Assembly (NCBI RefSeq): GCF_006345805.1 | Contig: NC_043000.1 | Span: 157,914,001 to 157,978,000, forward strand | Length of the DNA stretch: 64,000 nt | Reading direction: 5' to 3' | From: Octopus sinensis | Lineage: Eukaryota | Shown here: positions 28,110-42,322 of the stretch, piece after piece | Numbering within the stretch: the stretch's first letter is position 1 | Layout of the letters: each line of letters opens with the position of its first letter | Notes under the pieces: generated by a model | The model's database searches: none | Seen by the model: the letters and a program-made list of their open reading frames with translations, nothing else | Told to the model about the DNA's origin: nothing | Position numbers and translations under genes: made by a program

Positions 28110-28690
28110 GACAGAAACAAGGACTGAAATTTTGGAGGAGGGGACTAGTTGATTTACATCGACACCAGTGTTTCACTGGTTAGTTAAGTTAAGTTAATTT
28201 TTTGGCTCAAAAAGCAAAAAGCAAGACCATGTAGGGGGACATGGAGTTATGTACAGGGAGGGTGTTCATGCAAAGAGTTCAGGCCATTTCTGGTCAAGAG
28301 AAACTTTGAACCGAGCGGTCGTCGGCATCTTTACTATCTCGTCCGGTAGCTAATTCCACGGATCCGCACGCGGACGGAGAAAGCCCCTCTACTTCGATTG
28401 AGATGAAATCGTCGCAGATAGAGCTTTTCGGAGTGACACCGCAGCCGACGCTCTGGAGCAGGAGTGAAGAACAGCTCTTTCGAGAGGTTACACTTTCCAC
28501 TTATGATGTTGTGAGCGAGACTGAGATCACCACGGCGTCGTCGTTTTTCTAGAGAATAATGGTCGAGCGTCTTTAGCCTTTCTTCATGAGACAAATGCTT
28601 GAGACGAAGAACCATGCGGGTAGCCAGACTCCGAAAGGATGAAAGTCAAAGTCGACGTCTGCAGAATTTGAACACAGAACGTAATAGTTG
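28110..28690 (-). mobile_element. SINE family B copy split by a CR1-like LINE insertion
   Basis: Left piece ...tcgacaccagtgtttcactggt (to 28180); right piece gactccgaaaggatgaaagtcaaagtcgac...tttgaacacagaacgta (from 28627). Confidence 0.75.
28181..28626 (-). mobile_element. CR1-like LINE 3' fragment (ORF2 C-terminus, 3' UTR, (TTAAC)n tail)
   Basis: ORF 28334-28615 LKHLSHEERLKTLDHYSLEKRRRRGDL...FFTP...RCHSEKLY...FSVRV matches the CR1/L2-group ORF2 tail motif YEERL..L.L.SLE.RR.RGDL...RGH..KL...FS.RV..WN.LP. Ends in ttaacttaacttaacta. Confidence 0.85.
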
Positions 28691-29261
28691 AAATAATCGT
28701 CCCTAATGGAAGACTAACTTGACTTGTGTGGCATTTAAACTCTGAATGAAAAATTCGGCAAAAATATCGCAAGGTATATTGTACGAACTAATGATCCATC
28801 AGGATGCCGAAGAAGGATTTACGAGGATCTAAAGAATATGAGATCAACAACAATAATAAAAACAAAATGAATTGATACAATATATAACGAAAATAGCTTA
28901 TAACATAAAATCAGTAAGAGAAATACTGACTCCCAAAGGTTGATCCGGCAGATCGCTGTCACAGATCGTGATTATCCTTCACCAAGGAAGTGACGGATCG
29001 AAATTCTCGATTGATTTATCTGATAGTTGGAAATGTTGTGCACATATTAACTGCTGTTCGACATAACACTCCGAATCAGCAATGCGCGGGTACAACTCAA
29101 ATGCTTTCATGAAGGTAGAGATTTTCTCGAACAAAGATCTCCAGTAGCACTGCTTGTACAGGGACTTTTGAAAAAATTCTGTTATCTCCAAATGTGACTA
29201 CTCAAATGGTTCTCACTGACTGATTCGCAAGACAGGCTAGATATAGATCCGTGTACCAAAG

Positions 29262-29452
29262 ATTTGTGAGAAGACAGATACTATGTAGCTAAATTTCGGA
29301 TGAATATACAAATTTGAAGCTAACATCAGTGAAGTTGTAAGTTCTGTGTCAATAAGCTAACATTGGGGAACAGGTAGGATTAGGGTAAGGATTAGTGTTA
29401 GGGTCTTGCAGTAGCTAATATCATTAAAGAAGCATCGTCTGTGTAGCTCACA
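29262..29452. mobile_element. Possible small MITE-like element with internal degenerate TTAGGG repeats
   Basis: Weak terminal inverted repeat ttgtgag..acaga..atg / cat..tctgt...ctcacaa; internal taggattagggtaaggattagtgttagggt at 29375-29404. Confidence 0.35.
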
Positions 29453-30013
29453 ATTTTTACAATGTCGATATGAAATATAGTTAGTTGTTACAGTCGTTTA
29501 ATCACAAGTGAACTCTGATTGAGGTGATCAATTTCAAAAGACAATCCATTCATGAAATTACTAGCATTTTAAAAGTTTCTAGTAAGCTGAATGACCACAT
29601 AGAGCCTCGCTTATACGCTCACATCAATTTAGTTTTCAATTATTTAATGCGGCAGAATTTCAAAGCAAGCTAAATTGTAATTTTTTGTGGCGACGAAAAG
29701 AGATATTATTCAATGAGTCATATTATTTTATCGGTTAACAATAACTTAACGATTGTTTGCATTTCATGCGGACAACGTCTGAATTATTTATTAAGTAAAT
29801 TCAGGCCAAAAACACATGCAATAGCACGCGAACTCGTTTACTATGGATTTGTGATACGCAGTAAGCACACCAATGGCTTTAAAATGAGTCTGTGGTCCAT
29901 GTCTGATAATACTTTGGTTTCACTTCCCATACAGTCACATACATGCACTCTCTCTGTCGCTTCTCTTTCTATCCTAGACCGTCTGTTTGTCTGGTTGTTT
30001 CGTTCTGATACAT

Positions 30014-30045
<32 letters not shown>

Positions 30046-30782
30046 GTGTAACAATAGTAGTAGTAGTAGTAGTAGTTGTAGTTTATAATTTAGGCACAAG
30101 GTCAGCAGTTATGAAGGGAAAGGGCTTAGTTGAAATAATCACCCCTAGTTTTGAGAGTCACCTTATTTTATCGACTCCTGAAACGATAGAAGTTTAACTC
30201 GGCTTGTTCCGCATTTGAACTTTGAATTAAAAATTCAGCAGAAATATCGCAAGGCATATATATATATATATATATATACGTCGATGTATGTATGTATGTA
30301 TGTAGAATCACATATAAGCATGTTGTATTGTATATGCAAACGCTGTAAAAATGTAAGATATTTAGGAGCACCAATTTAGGTCATGTATAAATTGTTACTC
30401 TCTTACATACACGTAAAACGCAAGCATACATACATACATACATACATACATACATACATACATACATACATACATACATACACATGCACGTACGTGCATA
30501 CACTTGGTTCTGCGAGTAAATGTCTCACTGACGATTTGGATAAGATTTATTTTCAGAAAAAGAAATCAACCAGCTACCTCACACATTTCAAATATCATCA
30601 GTAACCGGAACAGTAAAAATATCCAAGACTTTTCTCAGGTTTGAAATGTGAAATTGTTATAGTTATCGACATTTCAACGATGAAGCTTCGTGTCTTTATT
30701 AGCAGCTAGTTCCTTCCTCGGGTGAAGGATTTAAATAATTAAAAACAAAAGAGATTATATATATATATATAAATAGTCATTT

Positions 30783-30890
30783 CACTCCTTTGAGTTTCAC
30801 CTATGGAATCACAGAATCTTCAGGGATGTTCTGACAGTCATATCTTACCTGAAGACTGTGCGCAGTTGCTGGTGAAACGCAGAGTAGCAC
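30783..30890. ncRNA. Divergent pair of degenerate hammerhead motifs next to (TA)n
   Basis: Minus 30783-30827: CTGAAGA-ttctgtgattccataggt-GAAA-ctcaaag. Plus 30845-30890: CTGAAGA-ctgtgcgcagttgctggt-GAAA-cgcagag-TA. Confidence 0.5.
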
Positions 30891-31040
30891 GTGACTGAAT
30901 CGACCTGAATACAATATATATTAATCTCTCAATATTATTCAGTACTCTGTTTTCAATAATTAACACTAAACATATACGCTCTCTCTTTCTCCCTCTCTCT
31001 CACACGCACATGCACAAACACAACCATATATATATATATA

Positions 31041-31447
31041 AGCGCAAGAGTGGCTGTGTGGTAAGTAGCTTGTCTACCAACCACATGGTTCCGGGTTCAG
31101 TCCCACTGCGTGGCATCTTGGGAAAGTGTCTTCTACTATAGCCTCGGGCCGACCAATGCCTTGTGAGTGTATTTGGTAGACGGAAACTGAAAGAAGCCCG
31201 TCGTATATATGTATATATATATGTGCGTGTGTGTGTTTGTGTGTCTGTGTTTGTCCCCTAGCATTGCTTGACAACCGATGCTGGTGTGTTTATGTCCCCG
31301 TTACTTAGCGGCAAAAGAGACCGATAGAATAAGTACTGGCCTTACAAAAGAATAAGTCCCGGGGTCGAGTTGCTCGATTAAAGGCGGTGCTCCAGCATGG
31401 CCGCAGTCAAATGACTGAAACAAGTAAAAGAGTAAAAGAGTAAAAGA

Positions 31448-31449
<2 letters not shown>
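31041..31449 (+). mobile_element. SINE family A (tRNA head, CORE-like domain, internal TA/TG microsatellite, (AAAAGAGT)n tail)
   Basis: A box tggctgtgtgg, B box ggttcagtcc, CORE-like cttgggaaagtgtctt, tail stem-loop cagtcaaatgactg. Sits inside (TA)n; highly similar to the copies at 31884, 48194 and 63000. Confidence 0.92.
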
Positions 31450-31529
<80 letters not shown>

Positions 31530-31883
31530 ACAAGAAGACTGAGAATCTACATTTTGCATCTGTATGTGTATATGTTACCTTGCGTATGATTAGGATAGTT
31601 TGTGCATGTGTGTCTCAGCGGATGTAACAAATTGTGTGTGTGTATGTGTGTGAATGCATCTGTCTCATATATCCGTTCCATGTTTGTGTACGTATCTATG
31701 TATGTGCATGTACGCTAGAGTACGTGTCATTTATTCCCGTGTATAGATATATATATATTGTGGTATTAAATAAATACCACAAAGTTCGTGAATGATATTT
31801 TGAATGTTTTCAAGAATATTCATACCCGTGTTTGTGTGTATATGTGCGAATGTTCAACATAATTGCATGTATATTTTAGTGTA

Positions 31884-32091
31884 TTACTCTTTTACTCTTT
31901 TACTTGTTTCAGTCATTTGACTGTGACCATGCTGGAGCACCGCTTTTAGTCGAACAAATCGGCCCCAGGACTTATTCTTTGTAAGCCTTGTACTTATTCT
32001 ATCGGTCTCTTTTGCCGAACCGCTAAGTTACGGGGACGTAAACACAGCAGCATCGGTTGCCAAGCGATGTTGGGGGACAAACACAAACACA

Positions 32092-32149
<58 letters not shown>

Positions 32150-32328
32150 CATATATATATATACACATATATGCGATGGGCTTCTTTCAGTTTCCAAATC
32201 CACTCACAAGACTTTGGTCGGCCCGAGGCTATAGTAGAAGACACTTGCCCAAGGTGCCACGCAGTTGGACTGAACCCGGGACCATGTGGTTGGTAAGCAA
32301 GCTACTTACCACACACCCACTCCTACGC
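31884..32328 (-). mobile_element. SINE family A, full length
   Basis: Reverse complement of the 31041-31449 element with a longer internal (CA)n. Confidence 0.92.
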
Positions 32329-33063
32329 GTATTATAAACAGACCTATCGTTAAATGCGTGTGTATATGCATGTCCTTCAGTGTGTATTTGCGGATGGCTT
32401 TCAGTGTGTGTATGTGCTTCATTGTCTCTGCGTATATTTGTGTGTGTTTGTCTTCAGTATCTGTGCATAGTATTCAATATGTTACTGTACAAACCCGGTT
32501 GTGTCTAATGAGTCATCAAAATGTTCATGTACAAGCTCGTACCTTAAATCAATAGGTTCTCTTCTTACACACACACATATACACTCATATATTACGCATA
32601 CCAACAAAAACATGGGAGTAATTGACACATATAAGTATATATAAATTCATACATACGTGCTCATAATCCCGATCTTTAAACACAAATCGACACAGATACA
32701 TATACATATACACACAAATTACCCTCCATCAGAATACAAAATCCATAGTAGACGAATGAATTCCTGCGCACATACACCACACACATGCATGCATACGCAT
32801 ACATGCATACACGCAACACTTAATCACACACACACACACATACTCGAATGCACTAATATGAATTTATTCATCCACAAAATAAAAGTCAATTTTACATATT
32901 TATTTACACACAAATACACACACGCAAACGTCGCTTTTCTCGATGTCTACTCAATACACACCATCTGATGTTCTGAACATTCTCATAATCCATAGTGGCT
33001 TGTATATCTAATGGTGTCTATACCGTTGTTGATGGTATTGCTGTTGCTGTTGTTGTTGTTGTT

Positions 33064-33098
<35 letters not shown>

Positions 33099-34417
33099 GT
33101 TCAACTCCGGGTTCAGAAATATCAATAACTAGACACATCCCGTATCCTATCTCTTATATTCCAGACGCTTTGTCAAGGAAAACAAAATCGAATGTGTTTC
33201 TCATTTATAATAAAGGAGGATATGATTTCAAAGTGGTGTGGCTGCTATGTCTAGCTGCTCCGTTGTTTCAATGTCACTATGTTCGTTTTTGTTGTTGTTG
33301 ATAATGAGAGTATTTCATTTTGTTGTCTTTGTTTTCACTGTCATTGGCGCTGTTAAACCCAATGGCAGCTTTGACACGGTAGACATATGAAGAAAGGCAT
33401 CCCATCAATGACCATTCCGTTTATTTCTACACGAGGGACTAGATGGTCTCTTTTGTCCCTTATTTAAAACGGCAAATTGCAAATTGGAGATTTTGTTATT
33501 GATTCTAACTGCTTGAGACACTGTCCAGAAGGTCTCTCTCTGACCCTCTCTCTCTCTTTCTTTCTCGTTGTATAATGTTTATTTCATTAGTAAGAAAGTG
33601 ATGATGATGATGATGATGATTGCGATAGTGCGATGGTGGTGGTGGTGGTGGTGGTCGTACTTCTGCTTGAGTAAACCTTTTGCAACTCGGAACTGTCAAA
33701 GCACGCAAAGCCCTCTCCTAAACACGGATATATAAATATTTAGCCAATTGAAACGCTCTATAACCAGGGATATTATCAAATACTTTAGTTTACACGTTCA
33801 ACATTGTTTGCAGTGTGCATAGCATATTAATGATACAAACATTAAAATCAAATATATTCATTTGAATCCTACCTAGACTACATAACAGCACTCCTAAAAC
33901 AGCACGTATTTTGGTTCAGCGTCTAATTTTATTCGTATTCAATTGGGATCAATGCATGGATTAGTGGTTACGAAGTTCGTTATGCGACACTCGGGTTCGA
34001 TTCGATTGCGTGGTATTTTAGATAAAAATCTTTCTGCCATATTCTTCGCTTGAAGAATATGGCAAGTGATACTGGAAAGATCTGAACTGTGGGGAATCCT
34101 ATCAGATGGACTGCACCAATAACTACCTTATCACACTTGGGACTTACGTTAAGTGCGCAAATGTTTGTAGGAAAAACGTTCAGTTATTAATTTGCTACTT
34201 CAATGTGCATTCGCTCAATTGATCGAACTGGTTGATGTTGGTTCATACATCACACAATTTTGTGAACCTCGGAGAAATGCATCGAAGAGCAAGGAGATTA
34301 TGTCGAAAAATGGCGTAATTGTTCAACACCCGGTTTTGTTTTAATAAGTCGCAGAAACAAGAGTATGTGTAATTTTTAACTTAATCATATATATATATAT
34401 ATATACCAATAACACAG

Positions 34418-34560
34418 GCTATCAGCTTCCGTCTTCCAAATTCACTCACAGGGTACTGGTCGGCCTCCTAAGGCTTATATATAATAAAAGACACTTGCCC
34501 AAAGTGCCGCGCAGTGGGACTGAACCTGGAACCAGCTGGTTGGGAAGCAAGCTTCTTACA
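34418..34560 (-). mobile_element. SINE family A 5' fragment
   Basis: agacacttgcccaaagtgccgcgcagtgggactgaacctggaacca. Confidence 0.75.
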
Positions 34561-35239
34561 ATAAAGGAACACACACAATAGACATACACACACACACACA
34601 CACACATAAACACACACACGTACCCACATAAACACACACATACACACAATATAGAATATTTAGAAGGAAGTTATTTTCCTCGGTCTTTTTTAGGTTTATA
34701 ATTCAATTTATACGTTTATAATTTAATTTGTATGTTTATAATTCAAAGTTTTACTTGAAGGTTTACAATATATCTTATCTGTTAGCTAGGGAGCTGCTTC
34801 TGAAATACCTATTTCGAAGAAAGGGCTATTGGATATCCTATTCCTAACGTATGCTCTCAATTCTTAAAAGACTACAGGGGTGGCAGGACTGTTTTGGTAC
34901 GTGTTAGCGTTTCTCGCTTGGATTACGATACAGTACATACCAGCGGGAGATTAAGTCTAGGGAACATCTAAAAAATCAACTTTTGTCAGACTATTAGTAT
35001 ACATACATACATACATACACACATACATAATATAGTATTTGAATCTCTCTAACAATTCACAATAATGTCTTTTAGTACTTTTATTCCTATCTCAGTACAT
35101 CTAATTGTATACATGTATCGTTACTTTTCATAAAAAGCCGTTACTTTCTTTGATTTCCAAAGTACATTTTCGCTTATTTGTTTCTTCTTTCTCCTTACAT
35201 TTCCACGTGTAGTTTCTTTTTTCTTTTTGTAACATATTT

Positions 35240-35287
<48 letters not shown>

Positions 35288-35304
35288 AGCGTAACTGCCT
35301 GAAA

Positions 35305-36544
35305 TGATCGTTGGAGAAAAAAAGGGAAAGGTAAAAACCTTAAAATTTTAAACAAATTTATTTTAATATGGAGTAATGACAGCTTGAATTCTACGAGGTA
35401 TGGACTCGTATAAAGTTTGAATTGTTTCCAAAGGAATTTTGTCCATTCTTCGGCTAAAACAGTCTCCATTTCTTGTACTGATGATGGTGGAGAATATCAA
35501 CTCCTTATTTGTTTTTCTAAAATGCACCATAAATATTCAATAATATTGATATCTGATGTCTGTGGTTGCCAGACAAGATGTTCAACTTCACGAAGATGCT
35601 CCTCGTGCCATTCAGTAACAACTTTAGCTGTGTGAATTGGTACATTATCATCCTGAAAGATTGTGTTTCACTCCGGAAAGAGTTCTGCAACCATAGGATG
35701 AATTTGATTAGATAACACGCTTATTTAGTCTTGAATATTAATTCTGTTATGATGGGAAATCATTGGGCCAGCGGATTTCCAAGATGTATCCCTCCCAGAT
35801 CATTACAGATCCTCCTCTCTGTTTAAAAGTTGGAAGAGGGCAGTCTGGGTCAAATGCTTCTTCTGGTTGTCTCCATAAGTATACTCGGCCGGTTGTCGGA
35901 TATATGATAAAGGATGACTCATCCGAAAGAATAACATTCTTCCACTGCTCTATGGACCAATTCTGTAGGTTTTTACTCCACTTTAAACGTTTGTCTTTGT
36001 AACGTTTGCTTTTCAAAGTAGTGGTCTTCTGATTACAGCCCACCCGTGAAATCCCCCTTTGAGCAGCTCTCGGCGAACAGTTTTATATATAAATTTTGTG
36101 GAAACTGGCTCCACGAGGTGGTCATTAAGCTCTACAGTGATTTTGGGAGCTGTACGTTTGTGATCCGACAGTCCCTATCTGTAAGTTTTGGATTTCTTCT
36201 GGAGTTTTGCCTTGATGAGAAGGTTTTACCCTTTTTGTCAAAGGTTGTCTTACTTTCGAAACTGTACTTCTTGATGCACCAAACATTTCGGCTGTTTTTG
36301 ATATGCTAGCGCCTCCCATACGAGCACGACAATTTGACCTCTTTGCAAGTTCAATAGATCTGTCATTTTAATGAATTTTAATTACCTATTTCTGATGATA
36401 TCTGAAAAGAAACAGCAATTTTAGCAAAACATATTAAGCAGCACTAATAATAAATTAAAAAAAAACATAAAATAACAAGGTTTTGACGGTTTTATTGATA
36501 TTTCAAATTTATGATGCTGTTTCCATTAGTTTGTCCAAACCCTA

Positions 36545-36545
<1 letters not shown>
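35305..36545 (-). mobile_element. Tc1-family DNA transposon relic
   Basis: Right end (minus strand) agggtttggacaaactaatggaaac is a Tc1-type TIR; degraded left TIR near 35305-35340. Contains a transposase pseudogene. Confidence 0.85.
35363..36366 (-). pseudogene. Tc1 (DDE) transposase pseudogene with frameshifts and stops
   Basis: N-terminal HTH MTDL..LQRGQIV...GASISKTAEMFGASRSTVSKV; catalytic WKNVILSDES, GGSVMIW, FQDDNVPIH, DINIIEYLW; ends ...TPY*. Confidence 0.9.
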
Positions 36546-36589
<44 letters not shown>

Positions 36590-37384
36590 CCCACATATAT
36601 ATATATGTGTATATAAATATTTATACATACATATGTATAAATACATGCATACATATATATAAATATATATATACATATAAATATATATGGGGTGGGAGTG
36701 TTTGTGTGTATAAATATCAAGGTGGCAAGTTGCAATTTGAAAATCCAAACGCACAAGTACAGTTGTCACTAAAGCGAATAAGTGTGCAAGCCAACAAGCA
36801 CTGCTAGAATTAAGAGTCAAAACAACTCTTAGCCACAGCCAAAGCAATTATATATTGACTGACATGGGTAACAACCACCCTACAGCAGCAAGCGAGAGCG
36901 TCAGGTCATCGATGATTCCGGATTGCATTAATGCTTATCAGTGACACTCCAATGTCTAGGAATTAATTTAGCTCGCCTTGTTAATCTATAGGCAATACCA
37001 TAGGAACCAGTGGCTGATTCATATATATATATATATGCAATATGTTCTTATTCCATTAAAAGACACGACCGTCGAGGATTTTGGCAGAATATTATTCTAT
37101 CAATGAAATAAAAATAAAAGTGGCCTTGGGTATAAAACAAGCAACTTAATTCAACGAAATTGAAAACATTTTGAAATATTCACCGATATTTTTCAGATAT
37201 ACTTTATCACTGGACACACACACACACACACACACATACACACACACAAGCAAATTAATAAAGAACCATACACATACAAGCACACTCATAATGACACCCA
37301 CAACCCACACAAACGGGCACGCACAAACACAATCAAATGTGCATAAGTAAAGAGGGAAAAACGAAACGCTAAAAGCATATCGTG

Positions 37385-37445
37385 CGAGATAAGTGTCACA
37401 AGTGATAAGTGTACGAGATAAGTGTAAATGATAAGTGTACGAGAT
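37385..37445 (+). repeat. Short minisatellite of GATAAGTGT units
   Basis: Four copies of GATAAGTGT in about 60 bp. Confidence 0.8.
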
Positions 37446-38487
37446 CGTATCATCACATTGTCGGAATCCATTTTACTTCACTTTCGTCGGATGTTTAGCT
37501 TTAGAATGGAGGAGAATAAATATAAATTCTTCCCTCTCCACAAAGATACTGACCACCAGATGAGCTAGACTTTGTTCTCCGCGTACGAAATTCAAGCAAT
37601 GGAAAGCTAAATTAACTCTTAAAATAATAAAACATATCCAGAGCCGTCCTCCTTTCTCCACAAAAAAAACAACAAAGTATTTTTCCTTGAACAGCATGTC
37701 AACTACAGTGAAGTCTTGCATGACGAGAATTTCTACTCTTCACAGATAACGAAAATTTTCACCAGGCATTTGTTTACCTTCTCTCAATTGGAAAATAAAT
37801 GCAATAAATAAAAAATTTGTCAAGCATGGTATGCAATATAATTATATTTGTCTTTGTAACATGGAAATGCATGACAGTAGACAGTCAAATATTTCTTTAT
37901 TTCATGTTAGTTTTAACTGGGTGGCAAAAGTGCCTCCTTGTATTGCCCTGGAGCGACTGATGCGTTCTGAGAATTTCGTAGACAAAAAACATTGGAAATA
38001 CCCGTTGTAGATGAGTGTGCATGTGTGCGCGTGAGTGTGTATGCGTGTGTATATGTATGTCTATGTGTAACTGTTATACATATATATACATGTGTGCCTA
38101 TGAGTTTGTCCCATACCAGCGCTTGAACAAGACGTACATATATATATATATATATATCAATATACGGGTTTCAGATCGATGTATTTTTACACAAATTCTA
38201 GAAGAATTGATAAAAACTCGTATCTAGTGCCTATCTCACACTAGTTGAAAGCCGATATTAGCATGAGGGTATGTGTGTATGTATACAAATGCACCGGACA
38301 TATATATGGATCTGCATATGTACATACACATGCACACGCTCATTTAAATATACACGCACATACACACTCATACACACACTCACACACGCATAAAGAGACA
38401 AATGCGAATGCATCAGTGATTGAATAATGAAGTAAATTAAATATGTGATAACGCATATTAGATATGTGCACGATCAGAATACATACG

Positions 38488-38715
38488 TATTTCTTTATTA
38501 CCCACCAGGGGCTAAACATAGAGGGGACAAACAAGGACAGACATAGGTATTAAGTCGATTACATCGACCTCAGCGCGGAACTGATACTTAATTTATCGAC
38601 GCCGAAAGGATGAAAGGCAAAGTCAACCTCGGCGGAATTTGAACTCACAACGTAACGGCAGACGAAATACCGCTAAGCATTTCATCCGGCGTGCTAACGT
38701 TTCTGCCAGCTCACC
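38488..38715 (-). mobile_element. SINE family B, full length
   Basis: Near-identical to 4583-4847 but without the internal duplication. Confidence 0.9.
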
Positions 38716-39067
38716 ATACCACTAAAGTTCTCTGTATTTGTAAATGGACTCACTGATGATACCATAGTACGTTTGAATATCAAGTATATATATATATATA
38801 TATATACACAGACAAATGCATATGTATTATATATATATATATAATACATATGCATTTGTCTGTGTATATATATATATATGGGTTTTTATGTATATGTCTA
38901 TAGGTTTATGTTTGTACATATATATATACAAAACTATATCTATTCAATATACAGTGCGTGCCGTCATATATATATATGGGTATACACACACACACATACA
39001 TATGTATGTATATATATATATATATATATAGATATACTAACATTCAATCTTGCACAGACACACACAC

Positions 39068-39101
<34 letters not shown>

Positions 39102-39274
39102 AGATAGCATAAACAGTACAAGTTAATTATTTTTAGTTATATATTTCATTCAAATATTAATACTTTAAGCGTATACCATCAAGGATAATATAAATACACG
39201 CATGAAAAATAAGCGTACAAAACAAAGTCAGATGAAATTCTGAAAATAATTGTAAAGCAGATTGGATCGATAAC

Positions 39275-39450
<176 letters not shown>

Positions 39451-39860
39451 CGGCAATATCAACAATTAATCAAAAAATACTAAAGAAAATAAAGAAATAT
39501 CATACTATGCATAGAAATAGAAATGTTTATTAAAAGATGGACATATTGAAAAGAAAGATAAAATGGAAACAAAAATATTCGAACATTAATCACTACAATT
39601 TCTAAATATTTATACAGGCATCAGATTTTCCATGGACACACATATATGCATGCATTACATACATACATACATGGATGCATATGCACATACAATCGTACAT
39701 ATACACTATATGTTTAAATTCGAACATATATGAATTCGTTGATATACATTTGTGAATATTTATTTAACGAAAATACACACACACGTACATACATTCTCAT
39801 ATATATATATATATATATATAATATATATATATATATATTATATATATATATATATATGC

Positions 39861-39898
<38 letters not shown>

Positions 39899-40400
39899 TA
39901 TATACATACATATATATATATATATACATTTATATATATATATACTTGTATACATATGTACATTCAGGTCAAACTCTGCCTCTCACTAAATCTCTCATCG
40001 CCAGTTGTACAGACATAGATACACACACACACACACACACATGCGCGCACATACACACGCACGCACACACACACAGACACACGCACACACACGTACAAAT
40101 ATGCGCAAGCACACACAGGTGCACTCACGCATATACGAATATATGTACAAGGAAGCTGACACATATATGAACCGAAATATGAAAAAAAAACTATATTTCC
40201 GCATTGTGTTATTTTGTTTAGTGGTTATTTTCTTTGGTGCGATTTAGCAGCTTAAAATAAGGAAAAGGTATACTTTGATTAAAATTTAATTAGTATGTAA
40301 TTACGAGCGCTGAAAATGATATACATACATACGTGATATATCTACTGTGAGGTACACACACACATACATACACACACACACACACTCACTCACATAAGAA

Positions 40401-40441
<41 letters not shown>

Positions 40442-41094
40442 TGTGTGTGTGTATGTGTGTGTGTATCGCTATGTATAGAAATGTTAACATCCATGTTTGT
40501 ATATATACATATATAAACGCACATACAGACATATATATACACATATGTGTGTGCGTGTATGTACATGCACTTGTTTGTGTGTGTATATACATAATACACA
40601 CATGTGTGTATGTATGTGTGTGTGGGTACTCATCAAATGTGACAGCAATAAAGACGACACCAAAAATTTATTAGTAATTAGATTCAACATTAATTTACAC
40701 TCACATTTTTCACACATACACACTTATGCATAAACAAATATATACGTATATATGTATCCATATGTGTGTGTGTGTATGTGCATATATATTTGTGTAGCGT
40801 ATATTCGCACATTCTTTTTGGTCAATAAGTGATGTGTATGCCGTTGTTGTTGACGTATGTGTCTTGATGACGAGATTTGCTTTTATGCCATTCCTTTGCT
40901 TCTGAAAGAAACTCTATGAAACACCGCCATTCATGTGTAGACCAACCGTATAAACAAATAATTATTTATTCACAAAGACAACCATATTCACTAACACACA
41001 TGCCTACACACATATATCTATATCTCTGAATATCCATCCATCCATCCATCCATCTATCTATCTATCTATCTATCTGTATCTCTCTCTCTGTGTA

Positions 41095-41125
<31 letters not shown>

Positions 41126-41176
41126 GTATCTCTCTATCTCTCCGTATCTCTCTCTCTCTGTATCTCTCTCTCTCTG

Positions 41177-41256
<80 letters not shown>

Positions 41257-41669
41257 TATTTATTGGTATATACAACTCAATACTATCTGTTTTATGTCGA
41301 GTCCTTGGAGAATCGATCGAGAATTCTTCAAAGACTGCTCGTCGACTAAGATCAATTTTGTGCATTTTTCCTATGGAAAACATAACTAGTCAACATGCAA
41401 GTGTTTATTTTTGCATTTGACTAGACATATAAATGTGTATTTACTGGTGTACCTAAATACGCATGTGCAAAGTTCAGTCGTACTGGAAGCATAGTCAGTG
41501 GCCATCTTGCCTTCTGTTTCCTGGCTCCCGTTAAATAGCTTGAAACAATTCTTTGAAGCTCATTTGATATTTAGGTGTTTGTTAGGTCCCATTTTCCACA
41601 AAAAAAAAAAACATTTGCATATCATTGATAGTTTTAAGAAAGAAATGGCTCATCTCACCTATTTCCAAG

Positions 41670-41945
41670 GGCTTTTGTCGAACAAACAGATTACAGGAGT
41701 TATTTTTTAAGCCTTGTTGTTACTTTATCGGCCTCGCTAAGTTACCAGCTGTCAAGCGGTGATTGGGGGTGGGGGGACAAACACAGACACAAGACACCCC
41801 AACACACATACAAATACTTGGGAGTTTCCCTCTGCCAAATCCACTCACAAGCTTTTGGTCGAATTATGGTTATAGTAGAAAACAATTGCCCAAGCTGCCG
41901 TGCCAACCCGGAGACATGATGTTGGGAAGAGGAATTTTACCACAC
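41670..41945 (-). mobile_element. Degraded SINE family A copy
   Basis: gggggacaaacacagacac...ccaaatccactcacaagc...tatagtagaaaacaattgcccaag. Confidence 0.65.
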
Positions 41946-41963
41946 ACACGCACCTGCGCCTAC

Positions 41964-41994
<31 letters not shown>

Positions 41995-42322
41995 TGTATG
42001 TATGTATGTATGTATGTATGTATGTATGTATGTATGTATGTATATATGTATGTAAGTATGTATGTCAAAATCAGTACCCAAAACTGCATTGGTGGATAAA
42101 TATTCTTTATTTGTGGATTAACGAAGCTACCATTGGTTTCATGCAGTCAGAAATTTCTCGGTAATTCTCAAGCCTGCTACATAGAACGATATATATATAT
42201 ATAGTTCATTGGTGATCTAAACAAATAGTTACGCTTGGTAATTGCTTTAACGGATTATTAGGGTTCCAAACTCGTAACTGAGACGGGAGCTATGGACCCA
42301 TTTTATATTTCCGATTTAGCTG

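Noticed and set aside
28979-29191. 70-aa ORF as a host exon
   Set aside because: No recognisable domain or splice context; the opposite strand weakly resembles decayed mariner sequence, too faint to call.
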